Shown here: positions 51,355 to 64,000 of the stretch, piece after piece
How the letters are laid out: each line of letters opens with the position of its first letter
How positions within the stretch are numbered: position 1 is the stretch's first letter
Assembly (NCBI GenBank): GCA_951406725.2
Contig: OX597830.1
Coordinates: forward strand, 53,878,001-53,942,000
Direction of reading: 5' to 3'
Source: Octopus vulgaris
Lineage: Eukaryota
DNA length: 64,000 nt
The notes under the pieces: model-generated
Databases searched by the model: none
The model's input: the letters and a program-made list of their open reading frames with translations, nothing else
What the model was told of the DNA's origin: nothing
Made by a program: the position numbers and the translations under genes

Positions 51355-51836
51355 GTTTTAAATTTTGGCACAAAACCAGCAGATTTATGGGAAGGGGTTT
51401 AGTTGATTACATTGACCTCAGCACTTGACTGTTATTTTATTAACTCTGAAAGGATGAAAAGTAAAGTTGACCTCATCACAATTTGAACTCAGAACATAAA
51501 GAGCCGAAACAAATGCCACAAAACATTTTTTCTGACATTCTAAAGACTCTGCAGAGCTCATTGCCTTAAATTCTTCTAATTTTGGCACACACAGCCAGCA
51601 GTTTTGATGGGAGGGGCAAGCTGATTTCAATGACCCCAGTAACTGGTTGAGCCTAATTTTATTGACCCCCACAAAAGGATGAAAAGGCAAAGTTAACCTC
51701 ACCTAAATTTGAACTCAGAACATTGGGATGGATAAAATGCCATTTAAGCATTTTGCTTGTTTGGTGTGCTAATGATTCTGCCAGCCTCACCACCACACTA
51801 CTACTACTACTACTACTACAACTGCTGCTGCTGCTG

Positions 51837-51883
<47 letters not shown>

Positions 51884-51905
51884 GCTGCTGCTGCTACTAC
51901 TACTA

Positions 51906-51937
<32 letters not shown>

Positions 51938-51986
51938 ACTACTACTACTACTACTACTACTACTGCTACTGCTGCTGCTGCTGCTG

Positions 51987-52061
<75 letters not shown>

Positions 52062-52285
52062 GTGCTGCTGCTACTGCTATAGGCTCAAGGACTGAAATCT
52101 TTGGGGAAGGGGCTAGTTGATTACAATGACCCCAATATTTGACTGGTGTTTATTTCATTGATCCCAAAAGGATAAACGGCTAAGATGACCTTGGTGGAAT
52201 GCTCCTCCTCCTCCTCCTAAAGACAAACAAAATGCTGTTGAGCATTGTATCCAGCATGTAACAATTCTGCCAGCTCATCACCTGC
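51140..52285 (-). mobile_element. Head-to-tail cluster of four SINE family B (tail type 1) copies with TAA and CTA/CTG arrays
   Basis: ggatgaaa(g/a)g.aa.gt..acct motif near 51240, 51450, 51675 and 52170. Confidence 0.85.
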
Positions 52286-52329
52286 ATAATAAATAATAAT
52301 GATGATGGGCCTCACTCCTTTGACCAGCC

Positions 52330-52965
52330 AACATCAAGTGGTGAAAAGATTTGGCCAGTGGGATGGTGGAGAGGCCACAATCCTTTTGGGACACTGTGAT
52401 ATTCTCTGACGAGTCCAGACTTGCTGTATTTCTTGACAGTGGACAAGTGTGGGACTGGAAACTCTGTGATTAAGAATTTGATGTGAAAAGATTAAAGCCA
52501 ACAATGAAACATGGTAGCTATTCCGTGATGGTCTGGGGAGTAATTTGGAGCAATGGTTGATGAAGGAAACATAAGCTCAGATAAATATGTGTCCATATTG
52601 CAGAAAGGACTCCTTCAAATCTTCTCCAGTGGTGAAATGATTAAAGAAGACTCTTTATTTTCGGAAGATGGGGCTCCTTGTCACACGGCTAAAATGACCC
52701 AAGATTTGTTGGATGAGAATGGCATTAAAAAGCTTCCATGGCCAAACCAGTCATCAGATATGAGACCTATTGAACACTTCTGGGACATAATGGGCAGGAC
52801 ACTTCATAAAAAGGACAATAAAGCATCTTCAAAGCCAGATCATTTGAGATGACTGCATGAAACTTGGCAAGAAATTCCGCAAGAGAATATTCGTCATCTG
52901 ACCAATAATATTCCTAATAGGATCTTTGCATTGAAAAATGCTAAGGCATGTCCACTAAATATTAA
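52330..52965 (+). mobile_element. Tc1 DD34E transposase remnant
   Basis: VIFSDESR, KPTMKHG..SVMVWG, EDGAPCH-34 aa-MRPIEHFW, terminal TKY*. Confidence 0.9.
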
Positions 52966-53431
52966 ATATTCACTTTATAACAATTAATAAATAATTTGAA
53001 TGTATAATTTCAGATTTAAATAAATTTTAATGATTATAAGGTTTTCTATTTACTTCTGTCATGTGTGTGTGCATGTGTATACACACATGCATACATACAT
53101 TTATATATATGCGTATGTATATATATATATATATGCATTTATATATATATATATATATATGCATTTATATATGTGTGTGTGTATATATATATATACACAT
53201 ATATATATATATATACATGCAAACATATATATACGCACACACACATACTTATACAAACACATATAAACACACACACACACATGAGTCCTTATGCACTCCT
53301 AATCATCATATATCTATTTTTAATGAGCTAAAATTGTACTACCTAGGTGCATGTAAATTTGTGTACTGTATATATATAAACTATCTTTATCGACTAACAC
53401 ACACACACACACATATTAAGAACAAACAAGT

Positions 53432-53505
<74 letters not shown>

Positions 53506-53817
53506 GGTCAGTATAAAAAAAATTTGTTCATTGGCTGTAGTCCAGTGTTAGTGCTGCTGACCTCTCACTTTTAATCAATTCAATGGAATCACAACTAATT
53601 GACTTCATTAGTATAACTATTGACCTAATAAAACATATACATACACTCACACATTACATATGTATACACGCTCACATATATGCACACACACACACACACA
53701 CACACCTGCATCTCACATACATGCATTCATATATACACAAGCTTGCCTACACATATGCAACCACATGTATACATACACAGGCAGAAATGCTTACATAATT
53801 ATATATATGTGTTTGTG

Positions 53818-53902
<85 letters not shown>

Positions 53903-53983
53903 GTTCGTCTGTCTGTCTGTCAAGACTGCGATTTTGCTTGGCTTGATGGGTCTTTTCAAGCACGACATAACACCAAAGGATAT

Positions 53984-54532
53984 ATCCGGGCTAGTCAAGT
54001 CTGGGGAACTCGAAGGCCAGTTGACATTGCTGTAGTGGGAGGTCATTCTCTCTCCAAAGCGCTGCCATAGCAACTGCATTGTTTCTCTTGCAGTATGAGC
54101 AGCTGCCCCATCTTGCTGGAACCATGTGTGAGGTCTGCTTTGAATGGCCTTCACATTCCCCAGACTTGACTAGCCCAGATTGATTCTTATGGTGATATCT
54201 GAAAGAGAGGTCTCTGCTTTATGTCAACAAACCAGAGACCCAGGTGTGACTGAAGGAGAACATTAATAGAGAAATCAGAGAAGTGGGGTCTGAAACTCTT
54301 GAGGGTGTCATGGTGCAAGTTTTGGAAAGAGCATGGGTGTGCGAAGCCGAAAATGACTGCCATTTAAACGATATCATTTTTCATATGTAATGCAGTAGTG
54401 TTGCAAGATTTGACTTGCGCATATTAATTTCCATTATGTCTCTTATATTGATCAAAATTTCATGCATTTATTTGTAAAGTTAAGAAAGTTATTAAAAATA
54501 GAATCCCATCAGTGACTTTTGCAACATCCTGT
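53984..54532. mobile_element. DD41D (rosa-like) transposon remnant with internal inversion
   Basis: Minus: WFQQDGA..H...WPSSSPDLTSPD (41 residues between Asp). Plus from 54156: PDLTSPD.FLW.YLKER...HLNDIIFH; terminus catcctg|ta. Confidence 0.85.
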
Positions 54533-54546
54533 ATGTATATATATAT

Positions 54547-56690
54547 CATCATCATCATCGTTTAACGTCCGTTTTTTCATGCTAGCATGGGTTGGACAAT
54601 TCACCTGGGGTCTGGGAAGCCAGGAAGCTACACCAGGCCCCAGCCATATCTGGCAGTGTTTCTACAGCTGGATGCCCTTCCTAATACTAACCACTCTGAG
54701 TTTAGTAGGTGCTTTTTACGTGCCACTGGCACAGGGGTGAGAGAGGGCTGGCATTGACCACGATCGGATGATGCTTTTTATGTGCCACCGGCATGGAAGC
54801 AAGCCAGGGCAGCACTAGCATTGGCCATGTTTGGGTGGTATTTTTTATGTGCCACCAGCACAGGGATCACAATTACAGTTTCCATTTGAATATGATTTGA
54901 TTTGATTTTGATGCACTTGACTCAATAGGTCTTCTCAAGCACAGCATGTCGCCCAACGATCCAAGGTACTATTGAGTGGGCTGGTTATGTGACGCTGGTG
55001 TAGGTTACAGCCGTGAACTCACTTTATTTTCCAGGTTTTCTCAATCACAGCATATCTCCAGAGGTTTCTTGTCATTGTCTCTGTGGACCCCTACCTCTAC
55101 CAAGAATTCTTCACTATACTCATTGCTAACCCTAACCTTACTAACGGCATCTCTGTATAAGGCCTGTACAGCCCTTATTAACCATTTGCCAATCCCCAGT
55201 TTCCACATTGCCCACCAGATAAGGGATTGGGAGACCCTGTCAAAGGCTTTCTCCAAGCCCACAAAAGCCAAGTATAGGGTGTTATCTTTGGCTAGGTATT
55301 TCTCCTGCAGCTGCCGTACTAGGAATATGGCATCAGTGGTGCTTCTACCTGGCACAAAACCGAACTGCATCTCATCTAAGCAAACTCTTTCCCTAATTAG
55401 TTGGGCTATGACCCTTTCTGTGACCTTCATCACCTGATTCAGCAGTTTGATACTCCTGTACTTATTTCTAACTAAAGCATCACCTTTACCCTTGGTGTAC
55501 TGCTACACCAGTCATTGGGTATGACTCCATCATGAACTACCTGGTTTACAGTACAGGTGACTAGGCCATAGCCCACACCACCAGATCTTTTAAGCATCTC
55601 AGTAGTGATTCCTGATGGGCCCAGGGCTTTTCCTGGCTTCATACCTTTAATTTCTTTATCTACCAGGGTGCTGTCTATTCGGATAGCTGTTCCTTCTCCT
55701 GGGTCAACATTTGGCAGGCCCTCCTCCTCCCAGTCATTCTCCACGTTCAGGAGTTTTTCATAATAGCTTCTCCAAGCCTCTTTCTTTTCTGAATCATTAA
55801 AAGCAAGTCTACCATCATCTATGTGGACTCATTTCTCTCCTGTGACATCACAATTTTCTCTCACACACTGTCTTGCAATCCGAAATACTTCAGTTCTTTG
55901 GTCCTCATGTAACTGGACATTGGCAAACTTCATTTCTGCTTTGCCCTTAGCTATGTATACCTGCCACCCAGCCTCCTTTCTGGCAATCTGGTACAGTTCC
56001 CTTCCAGGCTTTCCAGGTTTGTTTCTTTGCTCTAATGGCTTTGCTTGCCGTACTATTCCACCACAATGTAACTCTAGGTCTAGAAAGGGCTTTGCACCAT
56101 CCGCAGACTTGGTCTGTGGAAACCAGTAAGCTGTCCCATAGGAATTTCCAGCTACCTTCTATGTCTGAGGTCTGTAGCTCCTCCTCCCTCTCATCAAATT
56201 TCTTGATGAAGATATCCCTAAATCTCTGATCATGTGAAGGGTTCTTGAACTTCCAAATCCTTCTTTTCTGGATTGGTCTGTTTCTTGGCATTCTTCTGGC
56301 CTCGAGTCTAAAATCACTAATGACTAACCTATGCTGGGGGTACATTCCTCACCCGGGAGGGTCTTTGTATTTAAGAGCAGCCCTGTGTCCCACTGTCTGG
56401 TAAGGATGAAATCAATCTGGCTAGCAGAGTCACCTGATTGATAGGTTATCAGGTGGCCATCTGGCTTCCTGAAGTTAGTGTTGCAGATTAATAGGTTGCA
56501 TGCATCACAGAACTCATCGTTTTGGGAACTAATACCATGGTCCTTGTGTACACCAGTGAAGATACCGGATTGCTGCCCAGCATGCCCATTAAAATCTCCA
56601 GCCGCAAAGATGAAGTCATTCCCACTCGTCTTTGATGTAGCCTGTAGAAGGACATCATAACAATGGTCCTTTGGATCATTTGGTAGGCCT
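54547..56690 (-). mobile_element. RTE LINE, 5'-truncated and internally deleted (EN 3' half, linker, RT N-half, 3' UTR, (GAT)n tail)
   Basis: AGDFNGH, QIDFIL, PQHRLV, WWN, GKALGPSGI, MQFGFVPGRSTTDAIFLVRQLQEK, LEKAFDRV, VGVH, then jumps to the ORF end without YADD. Confidence 0.9.
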
Positions 56691-56694
56691 TCTT

Positions 56695-56970
56695 GCTGAC
56701 AGTTAAATGCCTTGATCATGGACACAATATAGTGAACTGTACCACAATATGGTGCCTACTTTCAGCTAGATAGACTGGACTCTTCATGATGAAGTCTCTT
56801 GTTCATGTAGAATATTACATTGTGGTACCTACTTAGGTACACTATACTGCTGACAGCTAAATGTCTTGCTCATTACAGTACAGTCCAGTGTATTACACTG
56901 TGGTATCTACATACAGCTGAGTAGCCTGGACTTTTGACAATGAAGTATGTTGACTGTAGACATAATACAA
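56695..56970. repeat. Diverged ~153-bp tandem dimer
   Basis: tgctgacag.taaatg.cttg.tcat at 56695 and 56848, with shared cagct...ctggact...atgaagt. Confidence 0.7.
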
Positions 56971-57279
56971 GGGACAGGACATAAAATGCCAATTCTGTAA
57001 ATGATTGTTTGACATCAAATTGGCCACCTATGTTCCACAATGTTATCTACTACTGGAATTTCTTTCCTTAATTAACTTCTCTTCATTACTCCAATTAAAC
57101 ATTTCTTCAATGAATCATACTGAAGCAACAGTATGTTGGGAAAAACGCCAGAGTTCTACCAAAACTAAGCAGTTTCTCTGCTTGATTGTTTGTGTCTCTT
57201 CTCCCACTCTAGTTTAATAGAGTTATAGTGGAATCGATGTTGCTTACAGATTTAATGTAAATCTGTCACTAATTCTGTA

Positions 57280-57440
57280 CATTTCTGAGAGAGCGGGAAA
57301 GCCTCCACCTCCTTAACAAGTTCTTAGGTAGAGCCTGTTGACATCACTGTTTCTGTGGAAGTTTCCAGTTAATGTCAGGATCTTGTGGATTTTACTGTTT
57401 ATGGTGTGGAGTTTGTTTACATACCACTGAAATTTCCCAT
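57280..57440 (-). mobile_element. R4/Dong-clade LINE fragment
   Basis: W...LHTINSKIHKILTLTGNFHRNSDVNRLYL...GGGG. Confidence 0.7.
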
Positions 57441-57454
57441 GCAGTATGTATGTA

Positions 57455-57489
<35 letters not shown>

Positions 57490-57562
57490 ATGTATGTATG
57501 TATGTATGTATGTATGTATGTATGTATGTATGTATGTATGTATGTATGTATGTGTGTATGTA

Positions 57563-57595
<33 letters not shown>

Positions 57596-57634
57596 ATGTA
57601 TGTATGTATGTATGTATGTATTGTGTGTGTGTAT

Positions 57635-57665
<31 letters not shown>

Positions 57666-59879
57666 CATGTATGTTCCCCCTCTCCAGATTCTCTCCCCTC
57701 ATCTCTTTTTCTCATATCCCTTTCCCATCTCACCTTCCACCCATACCCTTATAACACGGAATAGCATTGGCTCCTCTCTCTACAGTCTAACTTTAACCCT
57801 TACTATTCTGTCTCTTTGGTGGGTTAAAAGCAACTCCGTTAAAAGTACCTAAGGTTCTGGTAGTGATAGTGTCGATAAAATAAAGTACCGCTTTACTGGA
57901 GTTCGTGTAGTGTTTCTATAACGTACTCAGGGCCGGTCGAATGGTTAAGAAGCTTGCTTAACACCTAAGCTGTCACATGTTCGATTCCATCACCTAGTAT
58001 TCTGGAAAGTGTGAATTGATTTGGTCTAAGAGTTAAGAGTAGAATGCTTGGTATACACAGCCATTTACCCGGTAGTTTATTTGATCGAACAACTGAACAT
58101 TTACCATACATCATCAATATATCTTGGATGTGAATGGAAGAATAAGAAGAATATACTCTCTCTCTACAACCGTGCAACCTGCTGTAACTGTATAGGATCA
58201 TTATTTGCGCCAATCTAAGAAGATCGTTCTGCTGTACAGAGTCAAGCTAGAGTCCATCTTGAGGTAATTTAGTATAAGGGAGAGAACTCTAAATTCAATC
58301 ATAAATAGACTTCGTGAGGTGATTTAATTTATATTTGCTGCAAAGCACAGTGGTTAGCGTTAGGGAATTAGATTTAATCTAAATTTGTCGCAAAGCACGC
58401 ACGCGCACACACGAGCAAGTAATTGTGTGTGCTAGCAGGAGATAATCAACCTGCTAAAAATAGCAGCCAAATATCTTCAAACATTATCACAATTCTTGAA
58501 ACACAACAGAGAATTTAGATAAAGATATATAATTATAGCTGAAACCCCCTTGATCATAGACTTGCTAAACAACAACGCACACAAACGTATATTTAACTTC
58601 CAATGACTCTCCCGAAGAGTTTTTTCTTTATTCACTCCGAGAAGACTTAATCTGTCAGTCGAACGTCACCACATGGTCCTAGGGTACCTTTAGTGGAGTT
58701 CACTCAGTTCTCACCCGATTTAACACTAGCTGACTTCCCATGACCCTGACTTGCAAGTATTCGAACCAAGCCTCTGGTCTGAGAATAAATTCTTATTATA
58801 ATTCGCGGTGACCCTGAAAGGGGTCATGAATATTGTGTCGTTTGACGAAACGAAAAAAAAAAAAGAAAAGAAGAAAAAAGCCGTTTTTGGTAGAGTGATC
58901 GGGTGATTTCTTAAAGGAAGACAGAGAAAAAAAAAATGATTGGCTTGGCGTAGATAAGTATAGTAAACCCAGAAGTGGGTGAAAAATAACTATTTGATCG
59001 TCATCATTGTTTCTCTTTGAAACAACTCCGAGTAGACTTATTGAGTAGATTAATAGCTAAAAACACTCCGTGACCATCCCTTCTTTAGTATATAAACGGT
59101 TTCACTGTTTCTTTTCTTTTTGAAGACAGTGAGATATTTAAGAGAGTTTGGGTGACTATTTACAGCAGCTTGAGCGATTGCTTAGAGTCTTACTCGTTGG
59201 CTCAGAGAGGTTCTCTTCCAATGCGGTTTCTCCTTATTTTTACAATTTCATTAAACAATGTGTATGTGTGTGAGAAATGTTACATCCTCTAACGGTAAAC
59301 GATTTGTTTTAATATACATAACACACGCACACACGCATGTACGTACGTATATACGTATGTATACACACACACACACACACACACAACATTAAATGAAGAA
59401 CTGAAGAATTGGTTGGCACAAAATGAAATCGCCAACGCAGAAATATGGACTCAACGAATTTTTTCAGAATTTGGGCAGAAAATTTAAGGGAGATAACTGT
59501 TTTTTCTTTGTGCATAACTCATTAGTACAACACGCACCTGTTTATTTGAGACCTTACTAATAAGTGATGGTTAACGAACCCTTGAAGTTGGCACACATTT
59601 TATTGCACTTGTTATGGTTCAAGGATTCGGGAGGACTTGAAGTTCAAAACTGAGCGCTAACGAAAGAGTCGTTAATGTTTATGTTGTTGTATGGCGGTAC
59701 ATTAACTATTAAAACCATTTAATATACTTTATAGTCAACTTACGATGAAAGTAAAAGTTTGCGATACTACTAGCGAACAGTGGTCCCGGTGCGCTAGCTA
59801 GTCGTGACTAGTCGATCCTTACTCTGTATTTTTGTGTTTTATTTACTTTGTTTTAAAAAAATTATTTACTTTGTGTAAA

Positions 59880-60560
59880 AAAATTGGCCAAAATTTCCAA
59901 CTCTGCATTCAACAGAGTTACGGGCTTAAAGTTGTCAATACAATCCCCTTGTTCGGGTCTTTTCTCAGCAACTCCACCGCTTCTCGATTCACAAAACTGG
60001 GAATTCTCCCATTCTGTTGCCAGTTGCAGTAAACGTTTGCTAAGAGGTCGCCGAACAAGTCTGGCATGCATGCGTGAAGCCCATAGGGCAGAACATCCAA
60101 ACCAGACGATTTATCCCTCGTGCAGCTAGTCATTGCTTGCCGTATTTCAAGGAGTGTTACCGGCCTTTCGCAGTGCTCCGCCTCCGTTGCTGAGAGCCGC
60201 ATCAGCCCGTCAAGATAGGACGTGAAATCCATCCTGCGACCCGGCTCACTGTTGCTCCCGAACAGTTGAGCGAAGTGCTGTCTCGGATCAGTTATCATTT
60301 ATCTTTAATGATCCAGCAAGGATCGGATTGTTGATTTATTGTCACGCCGTGCCTCTGCCACTTGGGCCCATTGAACGGCTTTCTTCACTTCGTGTCAAAG
60401 TGCTCGTACTTTAGCTCTGACAACGCAACCTTAGTGTTTCACGTTGAAGAATTGGTTGAATGTCAATCCCGCTGCGAACATATCGGTCGCGATGCCTTTC
60501 CTAAAAGCTTCCTGACTAGCTCTGTCTCTACTCTGTTTCTTGTTTCTGATTTAAGTACAA
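59880..60560 (-). mobile_element. L1/Tx1-clade LINE ORF2 fragment
   Basis: HFAQLF...RLS..EAE.CERPVTLLEI..AM.....KSSGLDVLPY...LLRKDPNKG..IDNFKPVTLLNAELEILA. Confidence 0.85.
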
Positions 60561-62378
60561 AACTGGTCATGTTGAAGAAAGAGAGAACAGTTGCGACCTT
60601 TGTACTAAACTGGGACGAAGAACAAAGCTTTTTTTCTGATGCACTTAACTCAGTCAGCTCTGATCAAAGAGACTTATGAAAGGCATTCTAGTTGTGATCT
60701 TGTCGTTACCCAGCTCATGTACAGGGAATTTGAGGGAGATTTGGTTGTTACTTCTTTCATTTGAAGCAATCACATAGAGGTTCATTAAAACGTTATTTCT
60801 TAAGCGTTATACATCCGCTAATTTATTTTCCTATTCTCCCCATCCACTTTAAAAACCAATTAGTAATTATAATATTTGATTTAACAACAACAACATCATC
60901 ATCATCGTCGTCGTCGTTATCAACCTCTATACATTGCTGTCGAGAGGACTCGCATGAGACATTACCTGGTTTTCATGGCATATAAATTACCAAGATCAGC
61001 TAAATCAAGAGAGAACCAGGTCAAACTTACATCTCATGCTTGGATAAACTATCAGTTAAACAGAGGAGTCTTCAAGTGGTTGCGCGACCTGTTACCTTCA
61101 TATCTCTCATCCTCCCGCCTTAAAGAATGGTATGTTACATCACATAATGTAGCCTTAGATACACTGCCTCAAAAAGGATGGTCATAACTAGAATTCTTTT
61201 GATAATAGGTCAGTTTCACCAGGACCAACCTAGGAATAAATAACGCCGATCAGAAGAAGGACACAGCAGATAATTTAGACCTAGACAACATTATCTATGT
61301 CACCCCACCCCATCACCATTATTTTCACTATTCCCTCCCATCGTTATCTTCACTGCCACCACCATTACCATTCTGTGGAACATCTATTCCCCGTTTCTTC
61401 CCCCAACCCTATATCCTCATGCCGCTTGTTCTGCTGGAAAGAACAACCAAATTTTTCTCAAATTTCACACTACCGTCTTAAAGATACATGAAGCAATGAA
61501 GTTCCTGATATATAAACTAAATTGATAAAGATGTGATAGGCACGACGGGAACGCCTTTGCTTTGGTCATATATTGACTAGATCAGGGCTGATCTAGAAAT
61601 AAACAGCCACTACCATGGCCACGCTACTGCCGCCGCCCCCACCATCACCCTCACCACTACAACCGTCATCGCCGCCACTACCACTACCACCAACGTCACC
61701 GTCACTGTAAGTTGAATGTTACCATATCGGCCTTGTTCGTCCGTTCCCCTCGATCCCCTTTTCCACCACCTTGATCTAGATTTAAGAAAGAAAACAACAC
61801 ACGTGTGCACACGCACATACTCGCGTAGACAGTTGCTCAGAGCATTGTCTTCGGTGGTTAAGTAAACAAGCTCACAAAAGCTGGGCCCCTCATGCTGTAA
61901 GTTGCCGATCCGTAACCTCAGCTTTGCTTCAGCAGACCTGTGATCAAACACATTCTAGTCGTGACTACGCCGTCTATATTTAAGATAAAAAGATATAGTG
62001 AATAAGCTATATGATAAGTATGTTATCCCATATGTCCTTCCTTTCTTTCTTAATGACAGTAGGGTTTATTTTGGAGGTAGATTTGGTTGCTATTTCTAGC
62101 AGGCCAGCTGACTAAGTAGAGATTTCCACTGGTTCGTGAACAAAGAATTATAAAGAATGGGGGGGGGGTTGTGAAAAAACATCGAACATAGAATCATTTA
62201 GTAACCGGAGTTGTAAACATCACAGTATGAACTGTAAATTCACCGTTGTAAGCACCATAGAGTGTTTCATTAGCTCGTAGTGCCAAGTTCCTCCAGCAGG
62301 AATTCATAGCTGACTCTTACCCCAAACTTGTCATGGCATTGACATGGTTTCCAAGTAGGCTGCAACGCGTCTGGCGTA

Positions 62379-62875
62379 CTCTGAGTCTCCCGAAAGTCAC
62401 TGATTGGATGATGTTCGCCACACCCCGATCTAAACGTACTTTTAACATGTGTCTACGAAGAGCTTTTCTCCCAGACATATCTACAGTATCGTACCTTTCA
62501 ACAGTGCATATATATTAAATATGGTATACAGATAGCTATTTAAACTTAATGTTGTTCCAGTTGCGTACATGAAGGTTTTAGCCAGCCCAACATGCATTCC
62601 ACGTGTTCACTGTTACCAAAATATCGAAGGGTGACTGATTTTGTTTAGGCATGTGACTGGTGAGTAAAGGCTCTTCAGAAGGCCCAGGTAACCCCAAACA
62701 CCTCTGACGTTCTCGCAAGTCACTACCCGGATGATGTTCCTCTCTCCAAATTATAATGTCTACGAAGAGATTTTTCTTTCAGACAAAAACCATCCACCTT
62801 TCAATGGTGTATATACGTTAAGTATGATGTACCAATGGCTGTCTTTAATTTTATGCTGTTTTAGTTGCATATACA
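62379..62875. repeat. Diverged direct duplication (~180-190 bp; 62379-62569 and 62702-62875)
   Basis: Collinear shared blocks ctctga, aagtcact, ggatgatgttc, tgtctacgaagag, cagaca, acctttcaa, agttgc.ta.a. Confidence 0.75.
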
Positions 62876-63349
62876 GGCTTGCTTTCCAACCACATGGTTC
62901 CGAGTTCAGTACCACTGCGTGGCACCTTCGGCAGTTAGGGAAAAATGGATGCCTTGGAAAGTAAATGGAATGGTCATAGCTTGTGTTATGTAATCATCAC
63001 AACAAACATGAACAATCAACGTTGCCCATTGTCTCCCTTGATACAAGGACATTCAGTAAGTTTCCCGCCACAACAAATACCTTGTACAACAACGGCAGTC
63101 TAATAAAGTATCTCGTATCGTTAACACGTTTTTTCAGTCTCTCTCATTTTCTTAATCTTTCATACCAAGTACTCACTACTTCCTTTAATACTCAATACAT
63201 TATATATATATAACAACAACAGCTTGAATGTCTTTCGTCAAGGTTGACCCGAGATTAAACAATAGATTATCCGAGCATTAAACTGTTTGTTACGAGCGAA
63301 ATAACGAATGTCATTCCATTTTGCTGATTATTAATAATATATACGAATG

Positions 63350-63745
63350 TGCTCAGTCGAATACACCGACCATTGTATTTAATTCGTACTCGATTTTATC
63401 GATCTTCGAAGTATAAAAGGCAAAACTGACTTCGGCATGATTTGAACTCGGAACACAAAGAACCAGAATATATTCCGCAAAACATTTATGTTAAACGCGC
63501 TAAGGTCTCTGCCAGCTGACTGTCTTACTGCTATTTATTAATTCGGCCAAACATCGACTAGTTTGTATTAAAACTTCTGATGACTAAATATCCTGGCTGC
63601 ATCGATAGAGCAGAGGATACAATGCCTCGTGTTATTTATTCTAGCTCACTGCGATCTGAGTTCAAATTTCATCGACGTCAATTTCACATTTAGTTCTTTC
63701 GTGGATGGGGGTCGATAAATAAAGTATTCGTTAAATACTGGGACG
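63350..63745. mobile_element. Two old SINE family B copies in divergent orientation, CpG-retaining
   Basis: aaaggcaaaactgacttcggcatgatttgaactcggaac (minus copy) and ctgagttcaaat...ggggtcgataaat (plus copy). Confidence 0.7.
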
Positions 63746-64000
63746 AATATTCTCTCTTTCCAGGAACCGACGGAAAGGGTCGCTGGAGATCGCTTACAAC
63801 GTTTTTTTTTTCTTCAGAAATGGAGACAAACTGAGCGAGGCGGTTTAGTAACATTTTCACGTAGAAAAACCGAAATAAAGAAACTGTGCATGATTTTTTT
63901 TTATATGGATCACTTAATACGCATGTTGCTGTTTAACCCCGGCTCAAACCTGATTGATCAAAGACATTCCCAGCCATGACCATCCAGTCTTTTTCCGATG

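Noticed and set aside
58637-58667. ccgagaa-GACT...AGTC-gaacgtc hammerhead-like string
   Set aside because: Both core halves have deletions, there is no stem I, and it resembles an abundant old repeat (compare 59025).

Overview
AT-rich, microsatellite-saturated animal DNA. It is most likely an octopus (coleoid cephalopod) genome, inferred from the SINE families and extreme simple-repeat density. I found no supportable host protein-coding exon, tRNA or rRNA gene; almost every listed ORF is a translated microsatellite or a decayed transposon. The window holds many decayed transposons: four Tc1/mariner lineages (DD34E, mariner, DD37D, DD41D), a rearranged Merlin/ISXO2 element, hAT, piggyBac and Tc1-type MITEs, a non-autonomous Helitron, LINE fragments (RTE, R4/Dong, L1/Tx1, CR1/L2-like), Penelope-like fragments and at least four tRNA-derived SINE families, often nested with readable TSDs. 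The most interesting signals are: (1) minimal hammerhead-ribozyme folds whose C3:G8 core pair appears as G3:C8 (three copies, two in a 280-bp palindrome), U3:A8 and canonical C3:G8; (2) a sharp CpG-depleted to CpG-retaining boundary near 57.7 kb, with a candidate minus-strand promoter/first exon near 59.7-59.8 kb; (3) a group of elements associated with (TAA)n repeats; (4) SINE tail swapping, including a tail shared with an L1/Tx1 LINE. All calls were made by eye and boundaries of decayed elements are approximate.
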